Shown: one piece after another, positions 53,194-63,145 of the stretch
Position numbering within the stretch: position 1 is the stretch's first letter
Layout of the letters: every line of letters begins with the position of its first letter
Assembly (NCBI GenBank): GCA_028707065.1
Contig: JAQTUZ010000002.1
Span: 70,513 to 134,512 of the forward strand
From: Patescibacteria group bacterium
Lineage (GTDB): Bacteria > Patescibacteriota > Patescibacteriia > Patescibacteriales > WJLG01
Length of the DNA stretch: 64,000 nt
Direction of reading: 5' to 3'
Program-made: the position numbers and the translations under genes
The notes under the pieces: model-generated
What the model was told of the DNA's origin: nothing
Database searches by the model: none
The model's input: the letters and a program-made list of their open reading frames with translations, nothing else

Positions 53194-53339
53194 GAATTCT
53201 GCTGTTATCCACAGTATACCATTTTTAAGAATTCATGCCAATAGAAAATAGAATTCTAATAATTTCAGTCTAAAATTAGCTAAAAATCGACAAAGAATTC
53301 TTAATTATTCATAAGGAATTCTTATGAATTCACGAATTC
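53194..53339. repeat. cluster of seven GAATTC palindromes
   Basis: GAATTC at 53194, 53229, 53251, 53295, 53316, 53326 and 53334, mostly in the context aRGAATTCtNa. Confidence 0.8.
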
Positions 53340-53353
53340 TGAATTACCATAAA

Positions 53354-53758
53354 CTACCTGTTAATTGAAGCATTATCTTCTTTTGAAATGCATTTTTTAG
53401 AATTGATATCAAATTCATAACTCGGAACACAAACACAGTTGCCATCACGTTCATCTATGTATGAATATTCACCGCAATCTCTAAAAGGTTTTTTTTCGTA
53501 CCAAAATTCTGTTTGGCATTCTCCGTCTTTCATTTTTACTCTTGAGCATTCGCCAAATATTAACTTTCCATTGTCGGTTTTCTTGTAATTACAAATAAAA
53601 TTACCAAAAATCGCATCAAATGAAAATTCTTTTATTTCTACGCTTTCCCTACAATCATCAACTTTAATAGTCCCTTCTTTTTCACAACCCGAAACGAGTA
53701 AACATAATATTAAACTACAGAATAATAACCCCGCCTTTTTATTCATATTTTTTGCCAA
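53354..53758 (-). CDS. hypothetical Cys-rich lipoprotein
   Basis: Signal peptide with lipobox LVSGC. Multiple Cys residues. Confidence 0.55.
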   Translation of the reverse strand: MAKNMNKKAGLLFCSLILCLLVSGCEKEGTIKVDDCRESVEIKEFSFDAIFGNFICNYKKTDNGKLIFGECSRVKMKDGECQTEFWYEKKPFRDCGEYSYIDERDGNCVCVPSYEFDINSKKCISKEDNASINR

Positions 53759-53804
53759 AATTTATAGCCTAGTGTTACGTGTTATGAGTTATGTGTTATG
53801 CGAT

Positions 53805-54785
53805 TTATAGCAATGGCGTATTGAGGATTTCTTTGATTGATGAGAGCGCGGGACGTTTCTTTCCGATCAGCTTGTCTTTGCCCAGAAAAATTTTGTAGGC
53901 TTTTTCCACCGGGTAATCATAAAGCGTGACCGCCGCGATGGCGTCGGCCATGCGGATCGCTTCCTCAAGCGGGCGCTGAAAAATATTGCGGCCGACAGCG
54001 ACGCCGCGGGTGCCGGAGATATTGATTTGATTATGGATTTGCTGCAAGAATTTCTTTTCCGGCATCTTGGAACCGCCGATCGGAATGACCTGGGAACGCC
54101 CGGCCGCCGTCACCACTTCGCGGAATTTTTTGGCGGTTTCGATCGTCGGTTTGTCATAAGGATAGCTGATCTTTACGAAATCGGCGCCCAGACAGACGGC
54201 CACGCCCGCGCCGCCGGCTAAAAGATGAATATCAGTCTCGTCTTTGACGGCTTTGCCGCGGGGATACATCCAAACGATCGCCAGCATGCCTTCCTGGTGC
54301 GCTTTATAAATGATACGCGCCGCCTGGCCGAAAGATTCGGATTCGAATTCGCTGCCGATATAGACGGTGTAGCCGACGCCGACGATGTTCAGGCCGGAAT
54401 CTTTTTTAAAATCAATAATATCTTCCATGGCCAGCCAGCGGTTGGAAAACGGGTCACGCTCGGTTTTTTTGATGATATTTGTTTTGGAATTAGCTTTAAT
54501 GATCAGCGGCACTTTTGGGCAGAGGTCGGCATATTTGGCGATCAAGCCCAGTTGCGAACCCAAGACGCCGATATGCGCTTTTTTGGCGATCTCGAAAAAA
54601 TGCCGGGGATCGGCGACCTCAGGGCTTATTCCCGGACCGACAAAATCGTCATTCAAATGCTCGACCTTTTGGTCGCAGGCGAACATAAATAATTTTCCCG
54701 TGCCCCGGGTGGCAATTTCCCAATTTTTTAAGTATTCAGCTCGTTTAGCCTTAGGCACGGTATAAGGGACATGGATTTTTTGCAT
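53805..54785 (-). CDS. class I fructose-bisphosphate aldolase (DhnA/FbaB, archaeal type)
   Basis: Length and motifs of the DeoC/LacD-type aldolase fold: MFACDQKVEH, Schiff-base Lys region DFVKISYP. Confidence 0.75.
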   Translation of the reverse strand: MQKIHVPYTVPKAKRAEYLKNWEIATRGTGKLFMFACDQKVEHLNDDFVGPGISPEVADPRHFFEIAKKAHIGVLGSQLGLIAKYADLCPKVPLIIKANSKTNIIKKTERDPFSNRWLAMEDIIDFKKDSGLNIVGVGYTVYIGSEFESESFGQAARIIYKAHQEGMLAIVWMYPRGKAVKDETDIHLLAGGAGVAVCLGADFVKISYPYDKPTIETAKKFREVVTAAGRSQVIPIGGSKMPEKKFLQQIHNQINISGTRGVAVGRNIFQRPLEEAIRMADAIAAVTLYDYPVEKAYKIFLGKDKLIGKKRPALSSIKEILNTPLL

Positions 54786-54868
54786 AAGTATGTTTGTATG
54801 ATAAAATAAAGATATAATATAAGCTTTTTATATTATAGCACAAATTGGAAACATGATAAACAAGCCGG

Positions 54869-54964
54869 AATTTTTGCAATTTTTAAATTTTTAAAGAAAT
54901 TTCAATTTTTAATTTTTAAAAATTAGACATTAAAAATTATTTAAAAATTCAAAAATTAAAAATT
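54869..54964. repeat. word-repeat inverted repeat (AAATTTTT word family)
   Basis: aatttttgcaatttttaaatttttaaagaaatttcaatttttaattttt ... ttaaaaattatttaaaaattcaaaaattaaaaatt, in the divergent FBA/gpmI intergenic region. Confidence 0.6.
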
Positions 54965-54970
54965 TTATAT

Positions 54971-56581
54971 ATGGAAGAAAAAAGGAAGAAAAGACCAATA
55001 GTACTAGTCATTTTAGATGGTTGGGGCGAGTGGGATATTGAAAAAGGCAATCCGGTCGTTAAGTCTAAATTGCCTTTGATCGATAAATTGAACGCCCACT
55101 ATCCAAAAACTTATCTGCAAGCGTCAGGCATGGCGGTCGGCTTGCCTTGGGGCGTACGGGGCAATTCCGAAGTCGGGCATCAGACTATCGGCTCGGGCCA
55201 GATCGTCTTTCAATTTTTGCCGACGATCACCACCGCGATCGGCGAGGGATCTTTTTTTAAGAATGAAGCATTGCTCGGCGCTTTTGCCTGGGCGAAAAAA
55301 AATAATTCCAATCTGCACGTCCTGGGCTTATTGAGCGACGGAGCGGTTCATTCCCACATCGAACATCTGTTCGCGCTTTTGGAAATGGCCAAAAAAAACG
55401 AGGTCAAGGAAGTTTATATCCATGCCGTGACTGATGGCCGCGATACTCATCCGCAAAGCGCCAAAAAATATTTGAGCATGCTGGAAAATAAGATCAGCGA
55501 GATCGGCATCGGCAAAATCAGTACTCTAAGCGGCCGCTATTTTACCATGGACCGGAATAATAATTGGGACAGGGTGGAAAAAGCATTTTTAGCGATAACT
55601 GCCGGCATCGGGGTCAAGGAAAAAAATCCGCATGAGGCGGTTGATAATCAGTATGCCCGCGGAATTTTTGACGAATATTTGGAACCGGTAATTTTAACCG
55701 GCGACAATGAGGACCCGGTTTGCTTGGTTAAAGATAACGACGCGCTGATCTGTTTTAATTTCCGCAAAGATCGTTCCCGGCAGATCACCAAGGCGTTTGT
55801 CCTGCCTGGTTTCAAAGAATTCAAACAGGCCAAGCCGCCGGCCAACATTAAATACGTTTGTTTTGCCCAATATGAGGAAAATTTGCCGGCTGAAGTGGCG
55901 TTCGAGGAACAGCAAATAACCGTGCGCTTGGGCGAAATATTGTCAAAAAATTGGAAAAGGCAATTGCGCATTTCCGAAACGGAAAAATACGCCCATGTCA
56001 CTTATTTTTTCAATGGGGGGATGGAAGAGCCGTTTTTTTACGAGGACCGGATACTCGTCCCTTCCAAGCAAGTTAAATCTTATGCCGACGCGCCGGAAAT
56101 GAGCGCCACGGAGATTACGGAAAAATTGGTCGAAGCGATGAATAAAAATAATTATGATTTTATTCTGGTCAATTACGCCAATTCCGATATGGTCGGGCAT
56201 ACGGGAAATTATAACGCGGCCGTCAAGGCGCTCCAGCATGTCGATGGCTGTTTGGAAAAATTAATTGAAGCCGTGTTTGCCAAAGGAGGGGAGTTGATTA
56301 TTACCGCCGATCACGGCAATGTCGAAGAAATGTTGAATATTTATACGGGCGAACCTGATACCCAGCATTCCAAAAATGTCGTGCCTTGCTGGTACGTGGC
56401 TCCTGATAGTTGGATCGAAAGTCAGGAAAAACCCAAAAAGATTGAAGCGGGCGGATTGCTGGTTGATCTGGCGCCGACGATCCTGGATCTCCTGGGTTTT
56501 GAAAAACATTCGGCCATGGTCGGCTCGAGCCTGATCAAGCAATTCAAGAGGCAGCAGCCGGAGGTTGAAGAAGAAATTTGA
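54971..56581 (+). CDS. gpmI: 2,3-bisphosphoglycerate-independent phosphoglycerate mutase
   Basis: VLVILDGWG, SEVGHQTIGSG, ADHGN. Confidence 0.9.
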   Translation: MEEKRKKRPIVLVILDGWGEWDIEKGNPVVKSKLPLIDKLNAHYPKTYLQASGMAVGLPWGVRGNSEVGHQTIGSGQIVFQFLPTITTAIGEGSFFKNEALLGAFAWAKKNNSNLHVLGLLSDGAVHSHIEHLFALLEMAKKNEVKEVYIHAVTDGRDTHPQSAKKYLSMLENKISEIGIGKISTLSGRYFTMDRNNNWDRVEKAFLAITAGIGVKEKNPHEAVDNQYARGIFDEYLEPVILTGDNEDPVCLVKDNDALICFNFRKDRSRQITKAFVLPGFKEFKQAKPPANIKYVCFAQYEENLPAEVAFEEQQITVRLGEILSKNWKRQLRISETEKYAHVTYFFNGGMEEPFFYEDRILVPSKQVKSYADAPEMSATEITEKLVEAMNKNNYDFILVNYANSDMVGHTGNYNAAVKALQHVDGCLEKLIEAVFAKGGELIITADHGNVEEMLNIYTGEPDTQHSKNVVPCWYVAPDSWIESQEKPKKIEAGGLLVDLAPTILDLLGFEKHSAMVGSSLIKQFKRQQPEVEEEI

Positions 56582-56642
56582 AATTGGAAATTAGAAATTA
56601 GATATTAGGATGACAAATTTCTAATATCAAATTTCCAATTTC
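56573..56642. repeat. word-repeat inverted repeat (GAAATT word family)
   Basis: gaaatttgaaattggaaattagaaattagatattagg ... caaatttctaatatcaaatttccaatttc. The left arm overlaps the gpmI stop. Confidence 0.7.
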
Positions 56643-56654
56643 TGACTGTTTAAC

Positions 56655-56688
56655 AAAAAAACGCCTTCTTTTCTGAAGACGTTTTTTT
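56655..56688. terminator. bidirectional terminator between gpmI and ferredoxin
   Basis: aaaaaaacgccttc ttttct gaagacgttttttt. Confidence 0.7.
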
Positions 56689-56700
56689 GAAAGTAAATAC

Positions 56701-56877
56701 CTATTCTTCTACAAAAATTGCTTCTACCGGGCATTGGTCGGCGGCAGACAGGGCGCATTCGTGGTTGGCGCCGATGACGGTGGACTTGCCCGTCTCGTCC
56801 AATTTAAAAGTATCCGGGCAAACTTCGGTGCAGCGGCCGCAGCCGATGCATTTATCTCGGTCGACTTTGATAACCAT
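56701..56877 (-). CDS. 4Fe-4S ferredoxin (58 aa)
   Basis: Manual minus-strand ORF MVIKVDRDKCIGCGRCTEVCPDTFKLDETGKSTVIGANHECALSAADQCPVEAIFVEE. The plus-strand ORF 56687..56887 is its shadow. Confidence 0.8.
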   Translation of the reverse strand: MVIKVDRDKCIGCGRCTEVCPDTFKLDETGKSTVIGANHECALSAADQCPVEAIFVEE

Positions 56878-57055
56878 AATTAGTTGATTAGTTTATTAGT
56901 GAACTAGTTTTTATTATAGCATATTAATTTTATAGAACGTAGTAAGTCAAGTTGATAAAAACGATTGACAAAATTGAAATTATATGATATGTATATTATA
57001 TAAAAATGTTTTTTACAATCTACGGAAACTTTAAACTAAAACAATCGGAGGGTAT

Positions 57056-57940
57056 ATGTCTATCCTTGCTCGTTGTATTTTGGTCTTGTCATTTACAGCA
57101 GCCATCAGTCCTTTGACGGCAGAAAGCGAATCGGCGCCGAGAACAGGGATTTATATTGGCTACAATCGGAACACGCAATCGCCGCCGTCGGCCTTCGCCG
57201 TTTCCTGGACAGGGTCTGAATGGAAGAGTTTTGTGAGTGGAGGTTATATCGGTAACTTCAGTTTTTTACAGTGTGATACCGTGGCTTTTTGTAAAAACGT
57301 CTATTACAACGGCCACATTCCGGCGGAATATCTACAATGGCAGTATATTTGTAGGGCACCTGTGAACATTGACGATTATCCGTATGATTCTTCCGGCCTT
57401 TCAGGATTTTTTATGGCGAGCAGCTGCGGCATAGTCATTAACGGCCAGGGATATTTTTCTTATGGCATCGATAACGGAGAAATTTCGCTAAGCGCTAATT
57501 CTCTTGTCGGGGTTACGAGAGATTCTATCAGAATATGGAATGGAAGCGGTTGGATTCCTTCAAGCGACAGCATCCCGCCAAAGTTTGGCTGGGGTGAGAA
57601 AATTTTTTCCCGCAATTATACGCGCTTAAGTATCTATAACGGGTCAAAATATCGTGCTGACCTGAAGGGAAAGATTCAATTGGTTTACCGTGTTTCCGAT
57701 ACCAGTGATTTCATCTGTGTTCTTGGTACGGTTATGAATTTCAATGGAAGCAGCACCGGTGTTCGGAACTTCAAGCATCAAAGTCAAAGCTTACCCCTGA
57801 TAAATAATAGTCGTTCTTTAGGGCAAGCCTTTGATATCATGGGCAGGCGCCTAAATGTACCCTTTAATGCTAATCATTATTTGGGAATGAGAGTAATAGG
57901 TTATAGAGACGGATTTAAGGCGCAAGTTTCTGTAAAGTAG
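57056..57940 (+). CDS. hypothetical secreted protein
   Basis: 294 aa with a signal peptide. GGAGG RBS. Confidence 0.55.
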   Translation: MSILARCILVLSFTAAISPLTAESESAPRTGIYIGYNRNTQSPPSAFAVSWTGSEWKSFVSGGYIGNFSFLQCDTVAFCKNVYYNGHIPAEYLQWQYICRAPVNIDDYPYDSSGLSGFFMASSCGIVINGQGYFSYGIDNGEISLSANSLVGVTRDSIRIWNGSGWIPSSDSIPPKFGWGEKIFSRNYTRLSIYNGSKYRADLKGKIQLVYRVSDTSDFICVLGTVMNFNGSSTGVRNFKHQSQSLPLINNSRSLGQAFDIMGRRLNVPFNANHYLGMRVIGYRDGFKAQVSVK

Positions 57941-58085
57941 ATTTGAGGGTTATTCGTAATCTGCCCAGCGGCGGACGAATAACCCTTTTTTATTTCCTGA
58001 CTTTTGATTGACAAATTAATTTAATTATGCTAATTTGAAATGCATTATTATTTTAATGTCAATAAAATTTACAAGGAGGAAGGCC

Positions 58086-58325
58086 GTGAAAAATTCTTAT
58101 TGCGCTTTTAATTTGACAGTAGAGGAATTAAAAAGATTCTGTGCCGATTTTTACTCGGTAGAGTCAGCGAAGGTAACAATAGTTAAAATCATTCCGAGCG
58201 TGGGTCATCGCGGGTTTCATGTGTTCCTTAGAACGGATGATACTACTTCTGTTGATTTTTTGGAGGCATCCTTCCGCGATGGCCCCCTGCATGATAGTTG
58301 GGGCCAAAGGTTCAAAAAAGAGTAA
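58086..58325 (+). CDS. hypothetical protein (79 aa)
   Basis: GTG at 58086 lies 6 nt after AAGGAGG (58073-58079), in frame within ORF 58035..58325. Confidence 0.4.
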   Translation: MKNSYCAFNLTVEELKRFCADFYSVESAKVTIVKIIPSVGHRGFHVFLRTDDTTSVDFLEASFRDGPLHDSWGQRFKKE

Positions 58326-58435
58326 ACAAAAGTCAATTTCATTGACGATCCGTGGGGATTTTTTTCTCGCGGATTTTTTATTAACGCAGCCCTTGACGGG
58401 TTTTTTATATGTGTTATTATGAAATCAATCAAATA

Positions 58436-58548
58436 AAGCCATAGACAGCAGGCGGGGGAATCACCCCATTAAGACCTGCCGAGGCGAATTATAGATTCTC
58501 TATTTTTTGTTTTAATGTCTGTGGCTAAAACCACAGTTTTATTTTTTT
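58436..58548 (+). promoter_or_regulatory. candidate ribosomal protein L10 (rplJ) leader with attenuator hairpin
   Basis: Promoter TTGACG...TATTAT at about 58394-58420. Structured segment GCAGG-cGGGGaatcaCCCC-attaaga-CCTGC, then CTGTGG-ctaaaa-CCACAG followed by a T-run (58519-58548). Confidence 0.4.
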
Positions 58549-58553
58549 AAAAA

Positions 58554-58641
58554 TCAACATAACACACAGCACGTAACACATAACAGTAAAATTAATTTAT
58601 TTAACTGTTGCATGTTATGTGTTATGTGATATGTGTTACGT
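58554..58641. repeat. word-repeat inverted repeat (GTTATGTG word family)
   Basis: caacataacacacagcacgtaacacataacag ... ctgttgcatgttatgtgttatgtgatatgtgttacgtg. The right arm ends 6 nt before the rplJ start. Confidence 0.7.
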
Positions 58642-58647
58642 GAAAAT

Positions 58648-59175
58648 ATGCCTAAAACAAGAGCGCAAAAGCAGGTGATTCTGGATGGGTTGACCGAAAA
58701 GGCAAAGAAGGCCAAGTCCGTTGTTTTCGCCAAGTTCAACAAATTGCTGGTCAAGGAAAACGAGGATCTGCGCCATCGCCTCAAGGCCGAAGGCGGCGAA
58801 TATTATGTCGCCAAAAAGACTTTATTCAATCTGGCTTTCAAAAACAATCAGCAAGAGATTGATTTTAAAACCATGGACGGCCAAGTCGCGGCGATCTTCG
58901 GCTATCAAGACGAAGTTGCTCCGGCCAAAGTCGTGGATACTTTCCGCAAGGAAATGGAAGAGCCGAAGATATTTTTCTTGGGCGGAATTTTGGAGAATAA
59001 ATTCATTTCCAAAGAGATGGTGGAAAGCCTGGCCAAGCTTCCTTCCAGGAAGGAATTATACGCCAAGCTGGTCGGCTCGATGAACGCTCCGGTTTCCGGT
59101 TTCGTCAATGTCTTGGCTGGCAATTTACGCGGCTTAGTCACTTGTTTGAAAGCGATTGGCGAGAAGAAAGCTTAA
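58648..59175 (+). CDS. rplJ: 50S ribosomal protein L10
   Basis: ATG at 58648 (MPKTRAQKQ...). L10-typical sequence, followed by rplL. Confidence 0.9.
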   Translation: MPKTRAQKQVILDGLTEKAKKAKSVVFAKFNKLLVKENEDLRHRLKAEGGEYYVAKKTLFNLAFKNNQQEIDFKTMDGQVAAIFGYQDEVAPAKVVDTFRKEMEEPKIFFLGGILENKFISKEMVESLAKLPSRKELYAKLVGSMNAPVSGFVNVLAGNLRGLVTCLKAIGEKKA

Positions 59176-59180
59176 AATCT

Positions 59181-59277
59181 GATGCGAATGCCGCGAATTG
59201 GTCGCGAATGCCGCGAATGAATGCTAATAATATTCGCATTGATTAGCGGCATTAGCATAAATTTGCGGATTAGCATC
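59181..59277. repeat. word-repeat inverted repeat (GCGAATG word family)
   Basis: gatgcgaatgccgcgaattggtcgcgaatgccgcgaatgaatgc ... attcgcattgattagcggcattagcataaatttgcggattagcatc. Confidence 0.7.
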
Positions 59278-59317
59278 AATCTTATAATAATCTATTAATA
59301 AAACTAATATTAAATCT

Positions 59318-59713
59318 ATGGAAGACAAGAAGATCGAAGTTCCGGCCAAGTTTGAAAAATTGGTTGCGGAAATCGAAAAGATGAGCGTTTTGGACTTAGC
59401 CGAATTGGTTAAGATTCTCGAAGAAAAGTTCGGCGTTTCCGCTTCCGCCCCGGTAATGGCGGTAGCTGCCGGCGCGGCCGCGGCTGCCCCGGAGGAAGAG
59501 AAAGATTCTTTTAATGTCGAATTGACAGAAGCCGGCCCTAATAAGATCGCCGTCATCAAGGCGGTCAGAACCGTCACTGTGCTTGGTTTGAAAGAAGCCA
59601 AGGATCTGGTGGACGGAGCTCCGAAGATGGTGAAGGAAGGCGCCAAGAAGGAAGAAGCCGAATCCATCAAGAAGACCCTGGAAGCGGCCGGCGCGAAAGT
59701 GACTCTCAAATAG
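59318..59713 (+). CDS. rplL: 50S ribosomal protein L7/L12
   Basis: Ala-rich hinge, then [28 protein letters not shown]. Confidence 0.95.
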   Translation: MEDKKIEVPAKFEKLVAEIEKMSVLDLAELVKILEEKFGVSASAPVMAVAAGAAAAAPEEEKDSFNVELTEAGPNKIAVIKAVRTVTVLGLKEAKDLVDGAPKMVKEGAKKEEAESIKKTLEAAGAKVTLK

Positions 59714-59727
59714 TGAATCTCTACAAT

Positions 59728-59762
59728 AAAAAAGATGTTGTCGGAAGGCAGCATCTTTTTTT
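59728..59762 (+). terminator. rho-independent terminator of rplJL
   Basis: aaaaagatgttg tcggaagg cagcatcttttttt. Confidence 0.7.
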
Positions 59763-59776
59763 GTTGAGATATATCT

Positions 59777-59869
59777 CTACGAATTACGAATTATTACGAA
59801 TATACGAATTATCTGATTGGCGGCTGAATTTAAAAATTCGTATATTCGTTTTTTATTCGTAGTTCGTAG
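59777..59869. repeat. word-repeat inverted repeat (ACGAAT word family)
   Basis: ctacgaattacgaattattacgaatatacgaatt ... aattcgtatattcgttttttattcgtagttcgtag. Confidence 0.7.
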
Positions 59870-59896
59870 AAAAAAAACGGATAGCTTTTCTTTTTC

Positions 59897-62191
59897 TTAC
59901 TTGATTATCGGCACCGCCATCTGATATACCGAATGCTCGGCCAAAATGTAGATTTGCTTATCTTTGTCGTTGACCGCGAAATCCTTAACATCGTTTAAAT
60001 CGGTAAAAATATATTGGGCCAGATACGCGCCTTTGTTGCTCCAGAGAACAAGACGCTTGGTGGCCGGTTCGAACACGAAGAAATAATCGGTGGTGACGAT
60101 GAGGCGGCTGGCAGCCGTGATCGGCGGATCGACGGTGTTTAAAGTCAGATCCACTTTTTTGCCCTTGAGATATTCTTCCACTCGTCCGTCGCGATATAAA
60201 ACATAGATATTGCCGTCAATAAAGATGCCCGAGCTGGAAGCGAGAGCGGCGGTCTGATTGAGCCATTTGGTTTTATTGATAAAGGAATCGGCGCTTCGGG
60301 TATAGCGGTAGATCTGGCCGAGATTTTTATCCAAAACATAAAGTTTGTCGCTGTAAGCCTGCAATCCGCTGATGTTATCTGTTGATGAAGGCAGAGTGAT
60401 TTTCAGCAAGCTCGGCTGATCGGTTTCATCGAGTTGAAAGATGTTGTTGCCTGATAAATAAAAAATATTATTCTCCTGGCCGGCCGACGGAAAACCGATC
60501 GGACCGGAGGTGGCGACGCCCAAATTATAAACCGCGGTTACCATGTTTTGTTTGACGTCAATCTTGAAGATCGCGTCATTCTTGGCGTCGCCGGCATAAA
60601 TAATATTGTTGTTCAAAAATAAATTTTGCGGATCGGCGGAGGGATTTAAGTTGGAAAAATCAGCGATCTTGGGCAGGCCGGAAATATTATTGATATTTTG
60701 GATCTTCAGCAATTGCTGTTTTTGCTTGTCGAAAAGAGCCTGAACCGATTGCCTCTTGCTGATTTCGGCCGCGGGTATCTGCGCCAATAAGTCTTTATTC
60801 AAATTAAAAAGCTGGCTGGCTTCGGTTTTATTGCCGTAAATAAAATCGGCATCGATCTTGTCCTGGTTCTTGCTGATCGAAGAAACCAGCGCGTTAAAAT
60901 CCCGGAGTTTAGCTTCATCTTTGTTGCGTTGATTGGTGATCGCCAAATTGGCAAAGAAGATCGCGATGCAGATCAGAGCCACCACCAGGATTATTTTTAT
61001 TTTTTTACCACTGATGACCAGCGGCGGCTTTTTTTCCGCCTTAGCCGAAGGATCGGCCGGGTTATCAAGAGCCTCATCATCATTGCGGCGGCGGAAAATT
61101 TGCGCCAGAGAAGAGAAAAAAGCCATGATTAATTTCCCGAATTTTTTAAAAAAGTCTTTGGTTTTTTCCGGCGAAACCAACCCGCTTCTTCGCTTAAAAA
61201 ATATTTTTTCTTTCAAGAGGAACATCCCGCGCGACGGTTTGGTTTCTCGCGGTGCGGCTGCCGGCTCGCTCGGCTTGATTTTTTGGCTGATCGCTCTGGT
61301 CCATTTTTTAAGGTTGACGATCCCGGCCGGCGTCATGATTTCCTCGGTTTTTTCCTCGGTGCGCACGATTTCCGGCTTATAATCCTCGATGGTTATTTCT
61401 TCTTCCAGGCGGCTTTTCAGCTCTTCTCCGGAAAAAGTCGTGGCCACGGTATTTTTAATAATGATCCCCAAAAAGGAAACGTAGGAATTTATCTGCTCGA
61501 GCAAATTGCGGATCTGTTCGGCCGCGCCGGCGGGGGACAGTTTGGTGATGATCCTGATCAGCTGCTTATTGGACAAATATTCGGATAAAGCTTCGTTGAT
61601 CGCCAAAAAATATCCGCCGATCGGAATTTTTCCGCTGACCACGTTGGAAAAAAGTTTATTGATATTGAGCGCTTCGGTTTCCGGAGCTTCGCCGACGTCG
61701 GAGATCTTGTATTCGATCTTTTCCATTTCCGGCTCCTCGCGGCCTTTCTGCTTGAGCGTGGTTTTTTCTTTGTAGATCAAGAGGGTTTTGTTTTTGCCCG
61801 TGCCGGAAAAATAGATTTCATTTTTATAGAGCACGCAGATGCTGACATTGAAGGCGTAAGGGCTGATTTTGATCTTTTCCTGGGTCAGAAATTCCGCCAA
61901 GTCTTTGTTGGTTTTAGCCAGCGAGCTTTCAAAAATGCTTTCCAAGGAGATCGATTCGATCCTTTCTTTTAAAATTACTTTTTCATTCTGATAATAATTG
62001 AAATTGATATTTTTTATCAAAAATTCCAGAATTTTGGGCGCTTCCGAGCCGGTCGATTGGATTTCGGCCAAAATAAAAAGCTTCCCGACCAAGGCCTCTT
62101 TCTGGTTGTCAGGCTGGGCGATAAAAATATCGCTGGCTGTGCCGGATTTTTGCTCGTTATTCAGTAATATCGAAGCTATTTTGTAATACAT
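59897..62191 (-). CDS. large hypothetical membrane protein (N-terminal cytoplasmic domain, central TM helix, C-terminal beta-propeller-like region)
   Basis: 764-aa ORF with a single central TM helix (IILVVALICIAIFFANLAI). No confident motif. Confidence 0.65.
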   Translation of the reverse strand: MYYKIASILLNNEQKSGTASDIFIAQPDNQKEALVGKLFILAEIQSTGSEAPKILEFLIKNINFNYYQNEKVILKERIESISLESIFESSLAKTNKDLAEFLTQEKIKISPYAFNVSICVLYKNEIYFSGTGKNKTLLIYKEKTTLKQKGREEPEMEKIEYKISDVGEAPETEALNINKLFSNVVSGKIPIGGYFLAINEALSEYLSNKQLIRIITKLSPAGAAEQIRNLLEQINSYVSFLGIIIKNTVATTFSGEELKSRLEEEITIEDYKPEIVRTEEKTEEIMTPAGIVNLKKWTRAISQKIKPSEPAAAPRETKPSRGMFLLKEKIFFKRRSGLVSPEKTKDFFKKFGKLIMAFFSSLAQIFRRRNDDEALDNPADPSAKAEKKPPLVISGKKIKIILVVALICIAIFFANLAITNQRNKDEAKLRDFNALVSSISKNQDKIDADFIYGNKTEASQLFNLNKDLLAQIPAAEISKRQSVQALFDKQKQQLLKIQNINNISGLPKIADFSNLNPSADPQNLFLNNNIIYAGDAKNDAIFKIDVKQNMVTAVYNLGVATSGPIGFPSAGQENNIFYLSGNNIFQLDETDQPSLLKITLPSSTDNISGLQAYSDKLYVLDKNLGQIYRYTRSADSFINKTKWLNQTAALASSSGIFIDGNIYVLYRDGRVEEYLKGKKVDLTLNTVDPPITAASRLIVTTDYFFVFEPATKRLVLWSNKGAYLAQYIFTDLNDVKDFAVNDKDKQIYILAEHSVYQMAVPIIK

Positions 62192-62262
62192 TTTTTAGGG
62201 CATTTTAACTCAAAATAAACCGTTTATCAATTGACGGTTCCTTCATTGGTGTATTATACTAT

Positions 62263-62390
62263 AAATTAGTTAATTAGTTAAGTAGTTAATTGGTTGTATT
62301 TTTTTATAGTTAAAATCGGGTTACGACCGGTAATTACACGAATAACTCCGCAAAATTGTAAACTAATTAACTAATCAACCAATTAACTAA
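62263..62390. repeat. word-repeat inverted repeat (AATTAGTT word family)
   Basis: aaattagttaattagttaagtagttaattggttg ... aaactaattaactaatcaaccaattaactaa. It lies in a divergent promoter region, and the right arm ends 4 nt before the ATG at 62395. Confidence 0.7.
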
Positions 62391-62394
62391 TTTT

Positions 62395-63039
62395 ATGCTT
62401 TCTAAATTATTCGGTTCCAATTCCCGAGTCAAAATATTAAAGGCTTTTTTGTTTCATCCGGATGAAAGATATTATATCCGGCAGCTTAGCCGTGATTTAA
62501 GTTTGCAAGTCAATTCGGTGCGCCGGGAATTGGAAAATTTGGAAGATTTCGGCTTATTGCTTTCGGAATCGAGTAACGGCGCGGAAAACCAAGAGGGGTT
62601 GATCGAGGCGAGAAGTTCTGATCGCTCCACCTACGCTAAGGCTTCGGCGGACAAGCAGGAAAAAAAATATTTCCGCGTCAACAAGGATTTTCATTTGTTC
62701 GAAGATATCAAGGGTTTGATCATCAAGTCGCAGCTTCTGCATAAGGACGATATTTCCAAGGATCTCTTGAAAGCCGGCAGCATAAAATTGCTCGTCTTGA
62801 CCGGAGTTTTCGTTAACGATTTCAAATCGCCGACCGACATGCTGATCGTCGGCAAAATAAATAAAGACCGCCTATTGAAAATTATTCGCGATTTGGAAAG
62901 GGAATTAGGGCGTGAGGTAAACTTCACGCTGTTATCGGCTACGGAATTCAAATATCGCCGCGATATCGCCGATATTTTTCTTTATGATCTTTTGGGAAAG
63001 GAAAAGATCATCGTGATTGATGAAATCGGCATCAGTTGA
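62395..63039 (+). CDS. winged-helix transcriptional regulator-like protein
   Basis: N-terminus RVKILKAFLFHPDERYYIRQLSRDLSLQVNSVRRELENLEDFGLL. Confidence 0.6.
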   Translation: MLSKLFGSNSRVKILKAFLFHPDERYYIRQLSRDLSLQVNSVRRELENLEDFGLLLSESSNGAENQEGLIEARSSDRSTYAKASADKQEKKYFRVNKDFHLFEDIKGLIIKSQLLHKDDISKDLLKAGSIKLLVLTGVFVNDFKSPTDMLIVGKINKDRLLKIIRDLERELGREVNFTLLSATEFKYRRDIADIFLYDLLGKEKIIVIDEIGIS

Positions 63040-63040
63040 G

Positions 63041-63145
63041 TATTGTTAAATTGTTAAATTGCTACATTGTTGCGCGACGAGAAAACATAGTTAAGAGATG
63101 ATTTAAATCGTTGCGTAACAATTTAACAATGCAGCAATGCAACAG
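63041..63145. repeat. word-repeat inverted repeat (ATTGTTA word family)
   Basis: tattgttaaattgttaaattgctacattgttgcgcgacg ... cgttgcgtaacaatttaacaatgcagcaatgcaacag. Confidence 0.7.

Noticed and set aside
53205-53213. Perfect DnaA box TTATCCACA in an AT-rich gene-free stretch, raising the possibility of oriC.
   Set aside because: I found only one consensus box. A single 9-mer match is expected by chance about once per 100-250 kb of two-stranded search space. No dnaA or dnaN is nearby.
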